From Tubulanus polymorphus (lineage: Eukaryota > Animalia > Nemertea): a stretch of 64,000 bases of DNA. The stretch spans positions 17,260,560 through 17,324,559 of the forward strand of contig NC_134027.1 of the NCBI RefSeq assembly GCF_964204645.1, given 5' to 3'. Shown here piece after piece: positions 1-12,765 of this stretch. The notes under the pieces were generated by a model that saw only the letters and a list, made by a program, of their open reading frames with translations, ran no database searches and had not been told where the DNA came from. A program made the translations under genes and the position numbers. Every line of letters begins with the position of its first letter. The stretch's first letter is position 1.

Positions 1-1472
1 TGATTCAAAATCTCCATATATTACAAATGGTACTTTATTTTTGTAATCATATTTTTGAATTCTAATATTTTATCCTTTTCATTTGGTAAAACTAATTTAC
101 AATGATCATGATTTTCACATAATTGTTCATGATTTAATAATGCACTTTCAGTTCTGAATTTATGTAAACATTTTCTACATAGATATATTTTATTATCAAA
201 ATCATTTTCTGATTTAAAAAATAAATCAATTCTTTTAATCCACATATAATGATTCTCATAATATAATATATCTATAACATCGTTTGAATCATAATCTTTT
301 GATAGGTATAAAGGTTCTAATGTATAATGTTTTATATTGTTACCTTTTGTATTTGGTAATTTGATTAAATCAAATACATTTATCTTTATATTATTATCTC
401 TTTCTATTTTTGGGATGTTTTTAATTATAACAGGATACTTATCCATCTTATAATTATTTTCAAATGGTTTATAATGAGTTTATCTAAAACTATGTTGTTT
501 AGAATCTTCAACTGGGTGTAAACAACTAATTATTGCCCATAGAAAACATTTATCATCTTCATTTTGTACATTTATAACAGCATTAGTTTTAAATGGTAGT
601 TAAATATAACTCGATGCTTCAATATCTGGTTCTTTATAATATGATACATTATTTTCATCTATTGGTTTCGATTTAGTTAACTTATTATATTTTGTGTTAT
701 AAACATGTAGTCATAAAGTCATAAATATTATTTCATCAAATATTAAACCAGACCCTTCAAAATATTTCTCTTCTATTTTAGTTTTTACTTCATTATAACA
801 TTTATCTAATTTATCATCTATATGTTGTTTAGATATAATATGTTGTGAATGAGAATTTATATTATATATTGGTTTATCTTCAGATTTTATGAATTTAACT
901 TTAGAAGATATACTTATTTTAGGATATTCAACATCAGTTATTATTTTTATTATTTCTTTCATATTTTCCAAATGTTTTTTATTTTCTTCTAACGTTTTTC
1001 CTTTATGAAATTTAAACTCAATAGCTGCTGGGCCAATATCACTTTTAAATGTTTCGGTTATCTCTATATCTTTTTATTATCTAATGAATTAATATATTTT
1101 CTTACATCTTCCATGTATGGTCTTTTATTGTTTAATTTATTTTTTATGCTTTTAATTGTCTTCTGTTTCTTATCATTATCTTTATCAAAATAATCTTCAC
1201 CTAAAATATCATTATTCTTATTTCTAATATGACTTTTAGATTTTAAATGTTCATTATAATATCTTTTATCACTGAATGATTGATTACATGTATCACATTT
1301 GTATGTTTCATTTTCATTCTTTAATTCATCTAATTTAGTTTCTAATATATCATCTTTATATTCTAGTTTCAATTTATTCTATAAATGTGTTTTAGTTTTA
1401 TTGTGTCTTGATTTTTTAGGATTTATCTATATTGACATTACATGTTGGGCAGTAGTACTTATTTGCTTCCAT
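1..1472 (-). pseudogene. N-terminal part of Polinton protein-primed DNA polymerase B (zinc fingers, terminal-protein region, vOTU-like segment), broken by stops and frameshifts
   Basis: ORF pieces 1064-1372, 711-971 and 21-446 align colinearly with 34282-36246; ATG at 1472 (MEANKYYCPTC). Confidence 0.85.
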
Positions 1473-1703
1473 TTTAATACTAAATTATTTTTTAAATTGA
1501 TTTTAGAAGTTCAATGATTTAAATATGAATTATTTCAATCACACTTTACTAACACTTTTAATGTTTAAAAATCTAACTCATACAAATATAAATATTGAAA
1601 TAATGTTTAAAATATATCTATGTATCTATTCTATAAGAGCTTACACTTTTATATTGAATAATCTGTCAATTTATATGTTATTCATCTATATGAATATTTT
1701 AAG

Positions 1704-2112
1704 AGTAATAGGGGTTTAGTTGGTTCAGGTTAAAGGTTGAATGGTCGAGTTCATTAAAAGATAAATATTAAAAGTAATTTAAAACTATAATATATTTTCA
1801 TAGCCGTGTGTATTTCAGTTGAATAATAGAATAATTATTATTATTAAAATATATTTGATTATATGAATTTGTGTATTGTAAATAAATCAATTGGTCGCGG
1901 AGCGGAGCGGTAGCGAAGTGGAGCGACCAATTGATTTAATACAATATGCATTTAAAATTTAAATTATTCATATCTTAGAATGAATATTTAGTTATAATAT
2001 AAAATGCACACGGCTATGAAAATATATTATAGTTTTAAATTACTTTTAATATTTATTTTTAATGAGCTCGACCGTTCGACCTTTGGCTTGAACCAACTAA
2101 ACCCCTATTACT
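1704..2112. repeat. 409-bp terminal inverted repeat (hairpin) of Polinton fragment A1
   Basis: AGTAATAGGGGTTTAGTTGGTTC...GAACCAACTAAACCCCTATTACT; arms pair inward to AAATCAATTGGTCGC / GCGACCAATTGATTT around a GC-rich loop at about 1899-1922. Confidence 0.95.
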
Positions 2113-2653
2113 AATGGTCTATTTGCCGTAACCCGACCGACCAAGCTTCAAAGGTACCGAGTGGTGAAAACGTCTTTCTGGGATTCATTGAAATAAAGGC
2201 GACCGACCGACCCACTGTCGATGTATGATACGTATGCTTGGAGTAGAGCGAGCATCGTGTGTAAACATGCCTTGAGGTGTGACCTAGTTAAGTTTTCTTG
2301 GAAACTGGCAGTGTTCCAATAAGCTGCCATTCACTTTTAGTGACTATATTGAAGCTAATAATGTTATAGCGCGCTTATATTCAATGCAATGTTTCATTTT
2401 GCACGCAGATGTCTTTACGATAAAGAATCTTTTAGATGACCTCCGGACGAAGTAAGAATTTCAAAATTATTCTTGAACTCTAGGCAAATTATACAAATTC
2501 CTCGTGCACAACGCAGATTTGTGATATTGTTGAAAAGGTGATGAATTTGTTTTTTACCCTAAAATTTCGCAAATAAAATTCTACCTACCTACCGACTTAG
2601 CCAGGAAACTTGAGTCGGTGTTACGGCAAACAGACTATTAATTTGGGATGGCC
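2113..2653. mobile_element. MITE-like element whose left TIR is truncated by the Polinton end
   Basis: GTCTATTTGCCGTAACCCGAC at about 2117 pairs with GTCGGTGTTACGGCAAACAGAC at about 2613; the right side continues TATTAATTTGGGATGGCC with no left partner. Confidence 0.55.
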
Positions 2654-3616
2654 CACAAAGACGTTAATACTGACCATGTGTCCTCCCGAGTAAACTTGGC
2701 AACTTCACACTTTCTCTGACGACGTCGAAGTACCTATCACTTCTTCATCGATCGCTCCTCTCATTCTACTCACAGACCTGTCATACCTTTCCTGCTTATT
2801 TGTAGCCTATCTAAGCTGAGGTTAATTAGGGTTTTAAGGAACAAATAGTTATATGTGTATATTTTCATATTTAGATATATGTGTATCTTTTCAATTCAAT
2901 TCAATAGTACTCTATATATGAGTAGATAGTGTGCGTGCAGTGCGTACGATAGCGCGCACTAGATGTGTGCGGGTGCGCACACTGAAGGCAAATGGCTCAG
3001 ATTACAAGGTGGGAATACCGTATGTTGAGAAGAGAGAACAATATTTAGTAACTATATCTAAAATCTAAATGCTTTGAGGGATGGTTAGTGCAGTACAGGA
3101 GGGAGTAGAATGGAATATGCAGGGATTAGCAAATGAGGTAATGATAGAAGCGGGTGAGGTCATGGTATAGGAATGTGAAGAATTTACAAATTAGTATATG
3201 AGTCAAAGGTTTTTGAAGTTAAGGGAGTTCAGGAGAGAAAGCAGAAATGTTTGTAATACTAAGGAGAGAAAATAAAGAAGCAGTGCGGTCGCAATTGAAG
3301 ACTTCTTATAACTTATATTCACTTGAGGAAGGAGAAAGCTGTGGAAAAATAAACAAGCCGGTCGACAACATCGGTGAAAGTAGTCACACACCAACTGTTA
3401 GAGAAACGCAATGACATAACAACTGGTGGAGATTGTAGCCCCACAACAGTTTTCTGTTTCTTCACAGAAAACCCTATTGAAATTCTCGTGATTATTACTA
3501 TGTTTACCCCTTTACCACACAACTTATCAGCTCACTTCAATCTCCAGATACTGCATTGGAATTTTGATAAATCAACGTCGTAAAGCACTGTCGAGCCGTA
3601 AACGTCGGAAATTTGG

Positions 3617-5682
3617 CGGTTCCTGAACTTCGCTGAAAAAGCTGAATCACTGAAACGCTGATATAAAACGGCTGAAATAAAACGGCTGAAATTTCAGGAA
3701 ATTTCCGAAAAACGCCGAAATCTCAGGTAATTCCCGAAAAACGCTGAAATCATGCTAGGTACCAACAATACACGTTTTGAAATATTATCCGGGCCGGTGT
3801 CCGCTGCCGAGTCCTGAACCGTGTTTTAGTCTCTACCTTCGGTTACAGAGACATGCATGGATAGTATGTGTGGAGTATACTTCTAGAGGGCCACTTGTTG
3901 GACAAATTAATTCGCTTGAAATCCGGATTTTTAATGCATACAGGCAGCATAATGAGGAAAACCCATTCACAAACCGTGCAAGCCAACTTAAACACTATGC
4001 TCAATATTCCCTGCAAGACGCAAAATATCTTATTTGAACGTTCGTGTATAAAACATGGAGCAACTTTTCTTTTGTCAACACGTTGATGGGCGACGGACTA
4101 TGGTATTCTCTGAAGGAGGTGAATAAATTTGACAGTTAGTTATATAAATGATGCAGCTTTTGGACAAAAGGGATCTAACTAAATTTCTTTTTAATTCACT
4201 GTGGAATGGAATGGAACGGAGTGACGCTAATGGCATGCAGTAGGCCCCTACGTATGGGTCATACTGATTAGCGTCAACCAATTAATCTACGATTAATCTA
4301 AATCGGGCAAACCATTCAACAACTGTGAATAATTTATTTGCTGTGGTGTGATAATAATTAGTTTTTTTTGAAGAAATGACATACCAACTGTTAGAAAAAT
4401 GTACCGATTCTTATTTTTAGACTACTACCGAATCTATAAAAGGAGGAGTCATAGACGAAGTTGATTTGCTTAGCTGGAGACACTTCTTGTCAGTATTTAT
4501 TTACTAAGTGCTGTTTCCTCGGACCTCAGTGCTTCCAAACTAGGCCCACCCCATAGGCTATATAGTCCAGGGTGTATTAGCCACTATTCTTTTATTTCCT
4601 ACTTAATGCACCTATTTCTATTTTTAGATTCAGGCTTAGAATGTGCAAATTTTTTGAGATACTGAGAAATCAGCTGGCACCAGTAGACTTCAACTGCGAA
4701 ATTTGCAGCAGGATAGCTGAAAGACACAATTTTTAAAAATAAAATTGCTATTCGATGTATTATTTCAAGCTGTTAAATAATATAGTTAGACAAACATCCA
4801 ATTATTGGATCTTTCTTGTTGACTCGTTTAATTTTGTGAGTTTAGTGTTCCAGTCAATCCACAATGTGCAGTGCCTAGCCTTCATCTACACTAAAGCCAA
4901 GCCTGTGTATGGGAAAATGTCGTTCGACTCCTATAGGCCAGACAAATCAAAGCATGCAATACATAGCAGATAGTAGTCTCCGGCAAGTTGAAAGAGAAAG
5001 TAAACCAGGTTTTACCCCGTACCCTACCCGGGAACAAAGGACTCCTTCCTCCTTGTAGAAATTGTAGAAATATGGCACCCAACCGTAGCAATGCTAGGTA
5101 CAGTATACTATGACGGTTGAACCTTTATTAACGAATTTCAATGACACCGAAAATAGAATCAAAATAATCATTAGTTCCATGCTAGCCCTTAATGTAGGTT
5201 ATCAGGTTCAGCCTAACTGTACTTTCATTCAGCTACTACTTGTATGAGACTTGGCAATGATAAGTTGCAAGAAATCACCAAACATAAGAAAATATATTGT
5301 GAATTAATATTAATGTAATTAAGAATTTATTCAAATGAAGTGATAACTTCATTGTTAGATCGTACCGGTATATGCACATAAAACTATGGCAAAAAACACA
5401 TCTAACAATCCACACAATCCGCAATCGATCAAGTCGAACATTACGACGACCTTAAGGCATGTCTCTGTAACCGAAGTTAGAGCATAAAACACGGTTCAGG
5501 ACTCGTCAGCGGACACCGGCCCGGAAAACATTTCAAAACGTGTATTGTCGGTACCTAGCACGATTTCAGTGTTTTTCGGGAATTCCCTGAAATTTCGGCG
5601 TTTTTCGGGAATTCCCTGAAATTTCGGCGTTTTTATTTCAGCGTTTCAATGATTCAGCTTTTTCAGCGAAGTTCAGGAACCG
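3617..5682. mobile_element. Non-autonomous TIR DNA transposon (Mutator-like), copy 1
   Basis: About 230-bp TIRs CGGTTCCTGAACTTCGCTGAAAAAGCTG...; interior nearly identical to 17633-21415; no matching TSD on this copy. Confidence 0.85.
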
Positions 5683-6594
5683 TCTAAATTACATTGAACT
5701 GCAACATCTTTATATGAATTATCATTAACTGATTCACTTTGAATTCCCGCATCTTCATTTGGAGAGACAGGGATATATCTTTTTTCTTCTACTCTGAAAA
5801 ACAATACATAGCATTCTCTGAAAGGGCAATAACGTAAGTGTAAAAATAATGTTTTATGTGAATTTTCATTATTAAAAAGTGATTGTATTTCATCTGTAAT
5901 TATTAAATGTTGATCTATATCGTCAAATGTTGTGAATTTTTTGAATTATTGTATTGAATAAGATTTTATCTTTTTCATTCGATAACTCTATCATTAGATA
6001 ATGATTTTTAAACACTAATTCAGTAATATTTTTAACTTGAAAACGAAAACGTGCAGTTTTAAACAAATCTTTAATAGGAACAAAATTTCTAATTGTAAAA
6101 TATTTTTCTAATTCATGTAAATCGATATCTTGGAACTGTAGTATCTGTTCATTTATTTATAAGTAATTTTTCTATTAAAATATGAATTATTTCACTCACA
6201 CTTTACTCACACTTTTTATATTGAAAATAAGAATTTAACGCACATTAATATAAATATTCACTGTTTTGAATATGAATTATTTCACTCACACTTTACTCAC
6301 TTTTTATGTTAAAATTGATTTTTTTATCATTCGAAATCTATATTTGATCTTATTTTTTCTAGATTATTATGCAGGACAGTAGTACTTCTTATTTGGTTCC
6401 ATTTTAATATCAAATTTCTTATTAAAATTGATTTTAGAAGTTATTCATATTCATATATATGAATATTTTAATAGTAATAGGGAATATGGGGGATCTGGTC
6501 AAAGGTTGAAGGATCGAAAAAAAAATTCGAGTGTGCGAGAATTTATTTTTCGACCTTTCGACCTTTGGCTTGAATCCCCATATTCCCTATTACT
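5683..6594 (-). mobile_element. Polinton terminal fragment A2
   Basis: Shares the subterminal motifs TATGAATTATTTCA(A/C)TCACACTTTACT and CCATTTTAATA...AAATTGATTTTAGAAGTT with A1; truncated first ORF MEPNKKYYCPA*; ends in a hairpin. Confidence 0.75.
6473..6594. repeat. 122-bp terminal hairpin of fragment A2
   Basis: AGTAATAGGGAATATGGGG...CCCCATATTCCCTATTACT with loop region AATTCGAGTGTGCGAGAATT. Confidence 0.9.
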
Positions 6595-7339
6595 CGTGTT
6601 ATTTCCCTTTTTAGTTTGCTGGGGAGTGGCCTCCGAGGAGTGATTTTATATACGTATGAATAGCAGATCCTTAGCTATTTCAGTTGTTGATATGCCAATT
6701 TTCCTACTTTTCACTTCCAATTTAACCTTGGCGGTGTATTATATAGCCGGCGGCAGGAGGCCCCTTCATGCTTCATCTCCAGGGGATTGTGCGACTGTGG
6801 AATCGAACTCTTGTAGCGACGCCATGATCATTAGACCTGCACCAGTTGGTGCTTTTGTCACGCTATCTTATCTATGAGTAGTTATGTTATGCATATTTAC
6901 TTAACACGCAACAGTAGTATGAAATAGAACTGTTATCACTGGATCGAAATTCTCAGTTCACGGTTTGTTAGATTGTGAATTAATCAATTATCAATGTTTT
7001 GAAACATATCGTCAAATCTTAACGAAGAACACTGACACCGGGACAAATGCACTACCGGCACACGTGTGTGTGTCTTGATATTTATGTGGAAAGGAGGGTG
7101 ATGACACCCATCTTTGTTTTTGTAGAATAATGTTATGAAGCTGTCACGAGGGTCCGAGGGACTCTCCTCCCATTTAGAGATCTCCAAGACAAAGTTTACA
7201 AGACATTGATATTAATATAACAAAATAAATTTATTTACACAATATAACAGGAAATGCTATTACTATGATTTGCGATTACTACGCATGAATACGTAACTTG
7301 AAGAACGATAGCTGGTATGCTGGTATCACGGTTACATGC

Positions 7340-7460
7340 TCTGCATGATATTTCGTGTTATGTTCTCTGCATGATATCTTGTGTATGTTCTCTGCATGAT
7401 ATCTCGTGTTACGTTATCTGCATGATGTCTCGTGTTACGTTATTTGCATGATGTCTTCTT
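7340..7460. repeat. Minisatellite, about 27-bp unit
   Basis: TCTGCATGATATCTCGTGTTATGTTC-like unit repeated about 4-5 times. Confidence 0.8.
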
Positions 7461-7887
7461 TCAAAGTAATGCCATATTTTGGTGGCTATCTTCCGCCATA
7501 GATATCTCGTGTTATGATGATCACACACGATCATCGAACCGACTGGCGAAGCCAGTGGGGAAAAAAACCCGAAGACAGCAAACACGCCACACAGTTGTTC
7601 ACTGTGCTACCATCGAACGGGTAAAGACGTGTGTCTACACAAGGTGAAACCTTAAATACTATACGTTAAGTGACCATAGCAACGGAATGCATGCAATTCG
7701 GTACAATGAAAGAACTCGTGCGCGAATAAATTGTATAATATTTTATAATTAGGCAGGGATCACTCACCCGACTCGTGACAGAAGCTGGGATTTCTTATCA
7801 CTCAATGTTATGTCTACTTGCTTATTGTATAATTTTATATGTACCCCACGGGATAAAATCTAATTTCAAATCAATTCAATATGATAT

Positions 7888-8892
7888 ATGATCCTATATC
7901 AACTAAAAAGGTTTACAATTGATCCTTTTATCATTTCAGACACGAATGAACTATCAATTCCTAATGTCGCTAGCATCTCTAGTGACTACTGCAGTCATCA
8001 AGATTTGAAACTAACGTCTTTGAAAAACATATCTATTCCGGGCGTCCCTCTGTTAACAAGATGCAAATTCGACCAAAGACCGGCATTTGTGTACAGCTTA
8101 CCTGGCAGTAGTGACATAAATGTCATATTTCCGAATGGCAATATGAACTCTTTTAGCGTTCTGCATGAAGTCGGTGAAACCTTAGAAGGAATTACATGTG
8201 ACGTTGAAGGTCGATTCTACGTCTATTTCAGCCGAAGAGAATCATGTAAGATAACTATGTACGAATCACTTCCCCTTATAACAACAGCAAAGGAACGATT
8301 TATGCAGGTGTCTACCGATAAAGAGTTGTGCTCTGGTTTAATGGTTTTACAATCTGGAAAACTCTTTAAAATGATAAATTCAACGTCTGTCTTCGCGTGG
8401 CCTGTATTTCAACCAGCCAGCGATGGTTATCTGCTCGATACAAAGGCCAGGAGGAAATTGTCTATCCCAAAAAGTGTATACACAAGTCATTTATCGATCA
8501 ACAGACGACAGAACTTGTTTACCGTCAATGAGGAAAATAACCAAACAAATGCCATTTTGATGTTAGATAAAAATGGGAATCAGATAGACAGAGTCGATGT
8601 CACTGAAACCGTCAATGACGCTGGTTTGACTGCTAATCAGTGGTTCATATCGCTGGCAGTTTTAGATGAATGCAACCTAATTGCTTCAATACACGGTGAT
8701 TCACTAGGTTCAAGTCTTATTTTGCAAATTGTCTATGGAGCACGTGGATTTTTTGACAAGCCGCGTCTTCTTAAAGTAGCACAAGGAGAAATGTTTATGC
8801 GTCCTGTTTCAAACCCACACCAGCTATCATTAGTGAGTTTTACTGCCGAGAATTTCCGTTTGGAAATATTTAACCTTACCATTCTATCCTAG
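7888..8892 (+). CDS. Probable host terminal exon encoding an NHL-like beta-propeller
   Basis: Uninterrupted 334-codon ORF with non-viral composition; blade-like segments (EGITCDVEGRFYVYF, HLSINRRQNLFTV, ILMLDKNGNQI); likely splice acceptor TTTTATCATTTCAG ending at about 7939, so the listed ATG may not be the real start. Confidence 0.55.
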   Translation: MILYQLKRFTIDPFIISDTNELSIPNVASISSDYCSHQDLKLTSLKNISIPGVPLLTRCKFDQRPAFVYSLPGSSDINVIFPNGNMNSFSVLHEVGETLEGITCDVEGRFYVYFSRRESCKITMYESLPLITTAKERFMQVSTDKELCSGLMVLQSGKLFKMINSTSVFAWPVFQPASDGYLLDTKARRKLSIPKSVYTSHLSINRRQNLFTVNEENNQTNAILMLDKNGNQIDRVDVTETVNDAGLTANQWFISLAVLDECNLIASIHGDSLGSSLILQIVYGARGFFDKPRLLKVAQGEMFMRPVSNPHQLSLVSFTAENFRLEIFNLTILS

Positions 8893-9984
8893 GCTCAAAT
8901 GGACCATGTAACGTGAATATATATACACAGTAGCTCATTCGTGTTGTGGTTTGTTGGTTGTCGGTTATGGTTCATTGGCTTCTATAGCCTAATTCTGCTA
9001 CTTCGCGGGAAACCCTATTCTCGCGATTATTATGGTTTAGGGTTTGAGCTACTGTGCAGAAAACTATTTTGTTACTCGCTTAATCGTTAGCATATTTCGA
9101 TATGAAATTGTAGATATATATAATGGTGACATAACAGATGTGTTATTCGTTTTAAATAGAAATATGTATAATCAGCTCAAATACCTATTTATCAGAATTT
9201 TTTATTCTGACAAATCGATAACTCGAAAATTACAGTGAAAATGGTACTTGTTGTAAAATTAGAAATGAAAACAGATTTAAAGGACCTATGTCCTCTAAAT
9301 TGAATATATTGCGAAAACACATATTTACATGGAAGAAGTTCACAAATAATGAATATGCTACTGTTTTCAATTCTATTTCGTTCATTACTGAGACCAGGGA
9401 GGTGGGAGTGAACTCCCACCTCCCTGCTGAGACGTATTTTAATCTGCAAATTTCCCGTTCCTTGCAGGTGCACGTTTTCGCGCTATTCGTGTCGTCAATT
9501 AAGACGAACACTATTTATAGCACACTTCCACGCGTGTTTTTCTACTAGAGATTAAGATCTTATTTATGGGCTTTGTAATTGTAAATCAACACCAATAAAC
9601 AAACTAAATCACTTACAATAAACTTAGCTATACTTAGATACATTTTAAGGGAGTAACTTTGAACAACGAGTCCTATACAGAGTCTGAAATAATCTGATAG
9701 GTTCCAGTCTTATCACTCCACACTTATTATGGTATTTCATCCCTTTGGAGTATTATAAAATGTCTAAATTCTCTCTTATGTATGCTCTTGTTACCATTTT
9801 ATCTGACCCCATACACATATATTGGTTAGCACGGTGTAGATCTGTGAAATTAGTGAAATAATCAGTGTTGTTTTATACATTCTATATAAGCTATGCGTAC
9901 TGAGTAACGTGTGCTTTTGTTGATTGTCTGAATAATGTCGTAAAACATGGCTGCCGTAAAATGCATCCTATGAAGCATGATTGT

Positions 9985-10200
9985 GTGGAGCAGTGTGCCT
10001 TAGTGGTAGAGTGCTCGCCCCCCCTCCCCCAATCGGGAGGTTGTGTGTTCTAACCCCGGCTGTGCTGTAGTGTCCTTAGGCAAGGCATTAATTCACAATT
10101 GCTACTGGCTGACGACGCCTTGATCGCTCTGCAGCGTATCGGTGTTGCATCTCCCCAGGGAGAGTAAGAATGTACTGGATTGGTAACAGAAGCTGGGTAA
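9985..10200 (+). mobile_element. tRNA-derived SINE (degenerate)
   Basis: A-box-like TGCCTTAGTGG, B-box-like GTTCTAACC, followed by GTGTCCTTAGGCAAGGCATT resembling the conserved central block of CORE-type SINEs. Confidence 0.6.
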
Positions 10201-10499
10201 TAATTGGGTGATTTTGTCACAGCTTGATTTAATTTTTTATACTAACAAATCATTTCGATTCAAAAACAACCTCGTGTATTTTGGTACATTGTGTATGTAT
10301 TGTGTATTTTGAGTGTATAACGAAATACACTCAGAATAGTGTCAGTGACTAGGAACACAGAGAAAATTAATCGTAGTCAATCCCATGGAACTGGAAAGTA
10401 ACTTTGATCAATTCTATTTCATATTGAAATTGTGGGCCCGAAGCATATCAATTCTTAGATAAAACTTGTAAAAATGAAAAATAATGCAAGAGGGTTGGG

Positions 10500-11255
10500 C
10501 GGTGTTGTCATATCGCGGAAAGACGGAATCGCGGAATTTTAAGGAGTTAACTCACAACTGTGGAACTGGATCGATGTCAGACGAAAATAAATAGACATTA
10601 TGTATTCTGGCTTAGGATTGTTCATGCGTGTTGTGTGTCTACATTGTTGTTATAAGGGAATGTGGTTTATCTTTTAGAATTAAATGATATGAAAGATTAT
10701 AAAATGGTTTCGTTTTTTTTAATGTTTACTTTGTGACTGCTATAACATATTTTCCTATGCTGATTATTTGGATCAAAAGAATCTTATTGGTACCGGTACT
10801 GGACGAATTTGACGAAGGAATTTGAACCGGTACTTGTTTGGTCGTAGGATTTCATGTTTGCAACCATCTACAACTACGGTCCGACACCGCGAACGTGCTC
10901 AATATTTATCTGATAATATTCGTTTCTGAAGTTCTCAAAAAGTCGATGAACTTCGATAACCGAAGTTTGCCTAGTAGAAATAGACATTAGGTGCCTGGTC
11001 TCTTTCACCCCACTTGATTCTGACTTCTTCTACAGGTGGCAGCCAGTCAACGGTATCGTAATATAATAATTCCATATAAAATTGCCTGCAAATAATGGGA
11101 CTCGAACCTAACTCGTTGCATCGATCGGTCCGGTGCCCTGTCCGACAGTGGGTATCCCCGTGGGAAAACCCGTTTTCTATTTAAAGTAAAAATGAAGAAA
11201 TTCCGCGTTTTTGGAAAATTCCGCGATTCCGTGTTTCCGCGATATGACAACACCG
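10500..11255. mobile_element. 756-bp non-autonomous TIR transposon with 9-bp TSD
   Basis: TIR CGGTGTTGTCATATCGCGGAAA(G/C)ACGGAATCGCGGAATTTT at both ends; TSD AGGGTTGGG at 10491-10499 and 11256-11264. Confidence 0.9.
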
Positions 11256-12765
11256 AGGGTTGGGGAGGGGGAAAGACGATGAAACTGCAACTCTAAGGTT
11301 TGATTCATTTCTGGTTATAGAAAATTTGGGCTTTTAAGATAATGAAATTCAATATTCTGCCAGAAAAAGACTTGACCCAATTTCCCAACTGAATTATTTA
11401 TTATTTTTGGTATTTGGCTTACCCGTGGCACAGTTTATCACTGCTAAAAACTATTTCGATTTAGATTAGTGCAGGAATTATTCAATGGTTTAAACCAATT
11501 TGCAAAACCACTATGTAACCGACATTTCGAAGTGAAACTGACTCAGACTGAGACTGGTTTTTGCATGATTGAAGAATTTTGACCTGGTTGTTAATTTAGA
11601 GATTAGCACCATTCGAAAACAAAAGGACAAGAAGATTACTACGAATTGTTTAATTACGGAGAAAAATGGAAGACGCGTTGAAACGCATCAATCGGAAAAT
11701 TATTTTCTGCCAGAAAGAATCGAATTGATTAATTATCAGCAGAAAAATTCAAATGTCAATACAAAAATTGATTTCTCTTACGCAAAATATTTATTTGTTT
11801 CTAATCCTCCGGGAATAACGAGTACCGGGTATCTACGGCTCAAGCAAATAAGCAGTGCACGTGGCTAGCGGTACCGAATTCCTTATTCGGTGAAAGAAGG
11901 GGCGGAGACTAAATGTTGTTGCCGACCGCGATGTTGGGGCTGCTGCTCGAGCGAGACCGATCGGCGATCCGCCGCGCTGCCGTGAAATTTTAAGCGAATC
12001 GTATGACCCAGTCTAACGCGACTCTCATCGCTGTTTTAGAGTCATTCAATTTGATAAGATAATTCAATATTTCAGTGCTGCGGCTGGGGTTGACTGCTGT
12101 ACGTGCGCGCTAGAGCGTAATTCTCCGGGATTCGAACCTGTGCGCGATGCCGGACCGGGCGCATTTGTTATTATGAATTCGCTCCGGTTGCTTAGGGAAT
12201 TTCAGCTATTTTCAACTCGTTCGATCAACGCGGTTCATTGTTAAACGATTCAACGATCCTATCTTGGTCGAAATTTCACGAAATAAATACATTCTGAAAT
12301 CACCCGATCCAAAAGTTGCCGGATTTTAGTTACTTCGCTGCCGGATTTTAGCGTGACGTAATTCTACTTCCGATTTCCCCATGAACTTCAAACCGGACGT
12401 ACTCTGACGTCATTTTTTTCTGACTTTGTCAGTAGGCCTAAGTCAGAATCGGTTGAATGAATGAATGAATATATTTTTCTCAAATGTATAATACATAATA
12501 TAATAGTATAATAATTGTTTTACATGATTATTGAATATATACATTCAAGCAGGACAGCCCCAAGCCCTAAGGGCTGTACCTAATTGGGGGGATGCCCTGG
12601 TATGATTTGATACCATGATACAATTAATGAGAATACAATAATAATCAATGACAACATAATTGACATCAAAAATAATAATAATAATGATGATGATGATGGA
12701 TGATTGATGATTGATGGTTGATGGGTGATGGGTGATGGGTGATGGGTGATGAATTTTAGAATTAA

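Larger units (their letters stand above)
1..2112 (-). mobile_element. Polinton/Maverick-like element, terminal part (fragment A1), running off the window start
   Basis: AT-rich; minus-strand ORF pieces homologous to the pPolB N-terminus at 34282-36246 (YYCPTC zinc finger, ITDVEYPKISI, IEEKYFEGSGL, INVFDLIKLPNTKG, YLCRKCL); terminates in CCCCTATTACT, matching Polinton AG...CT ends. Confidence 0.85.

Noticed and set aside
2890-3400. Old LINE 3' fragment with (TTCAA)n tail
   Set aside because: Similarity is too degraded to support a feature call without a search.
3777-4086. Duplicated short ORFs (also at 17787-18096)
   Set aside because: Chance frames in the TIR and subterminal DNA of two copies of one non-autonomous transposon.
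9395-9550. Perfect 15-bp stem (CAGGGAGGTGGGAGT/ACTCCCACCTCCCTG) with a later CTAG, as a Helitron 3' end
   Set aside because: The hairpin is about 120 bp from the CTAG, much farther than expected, and no 5' end was found.
12100-12170. tRNA gene on the minus strand (GGTTCGAATCCC)
   Set aside because: Only a B-box/T-loop is visible; no A-box or cloverleaf could be built.
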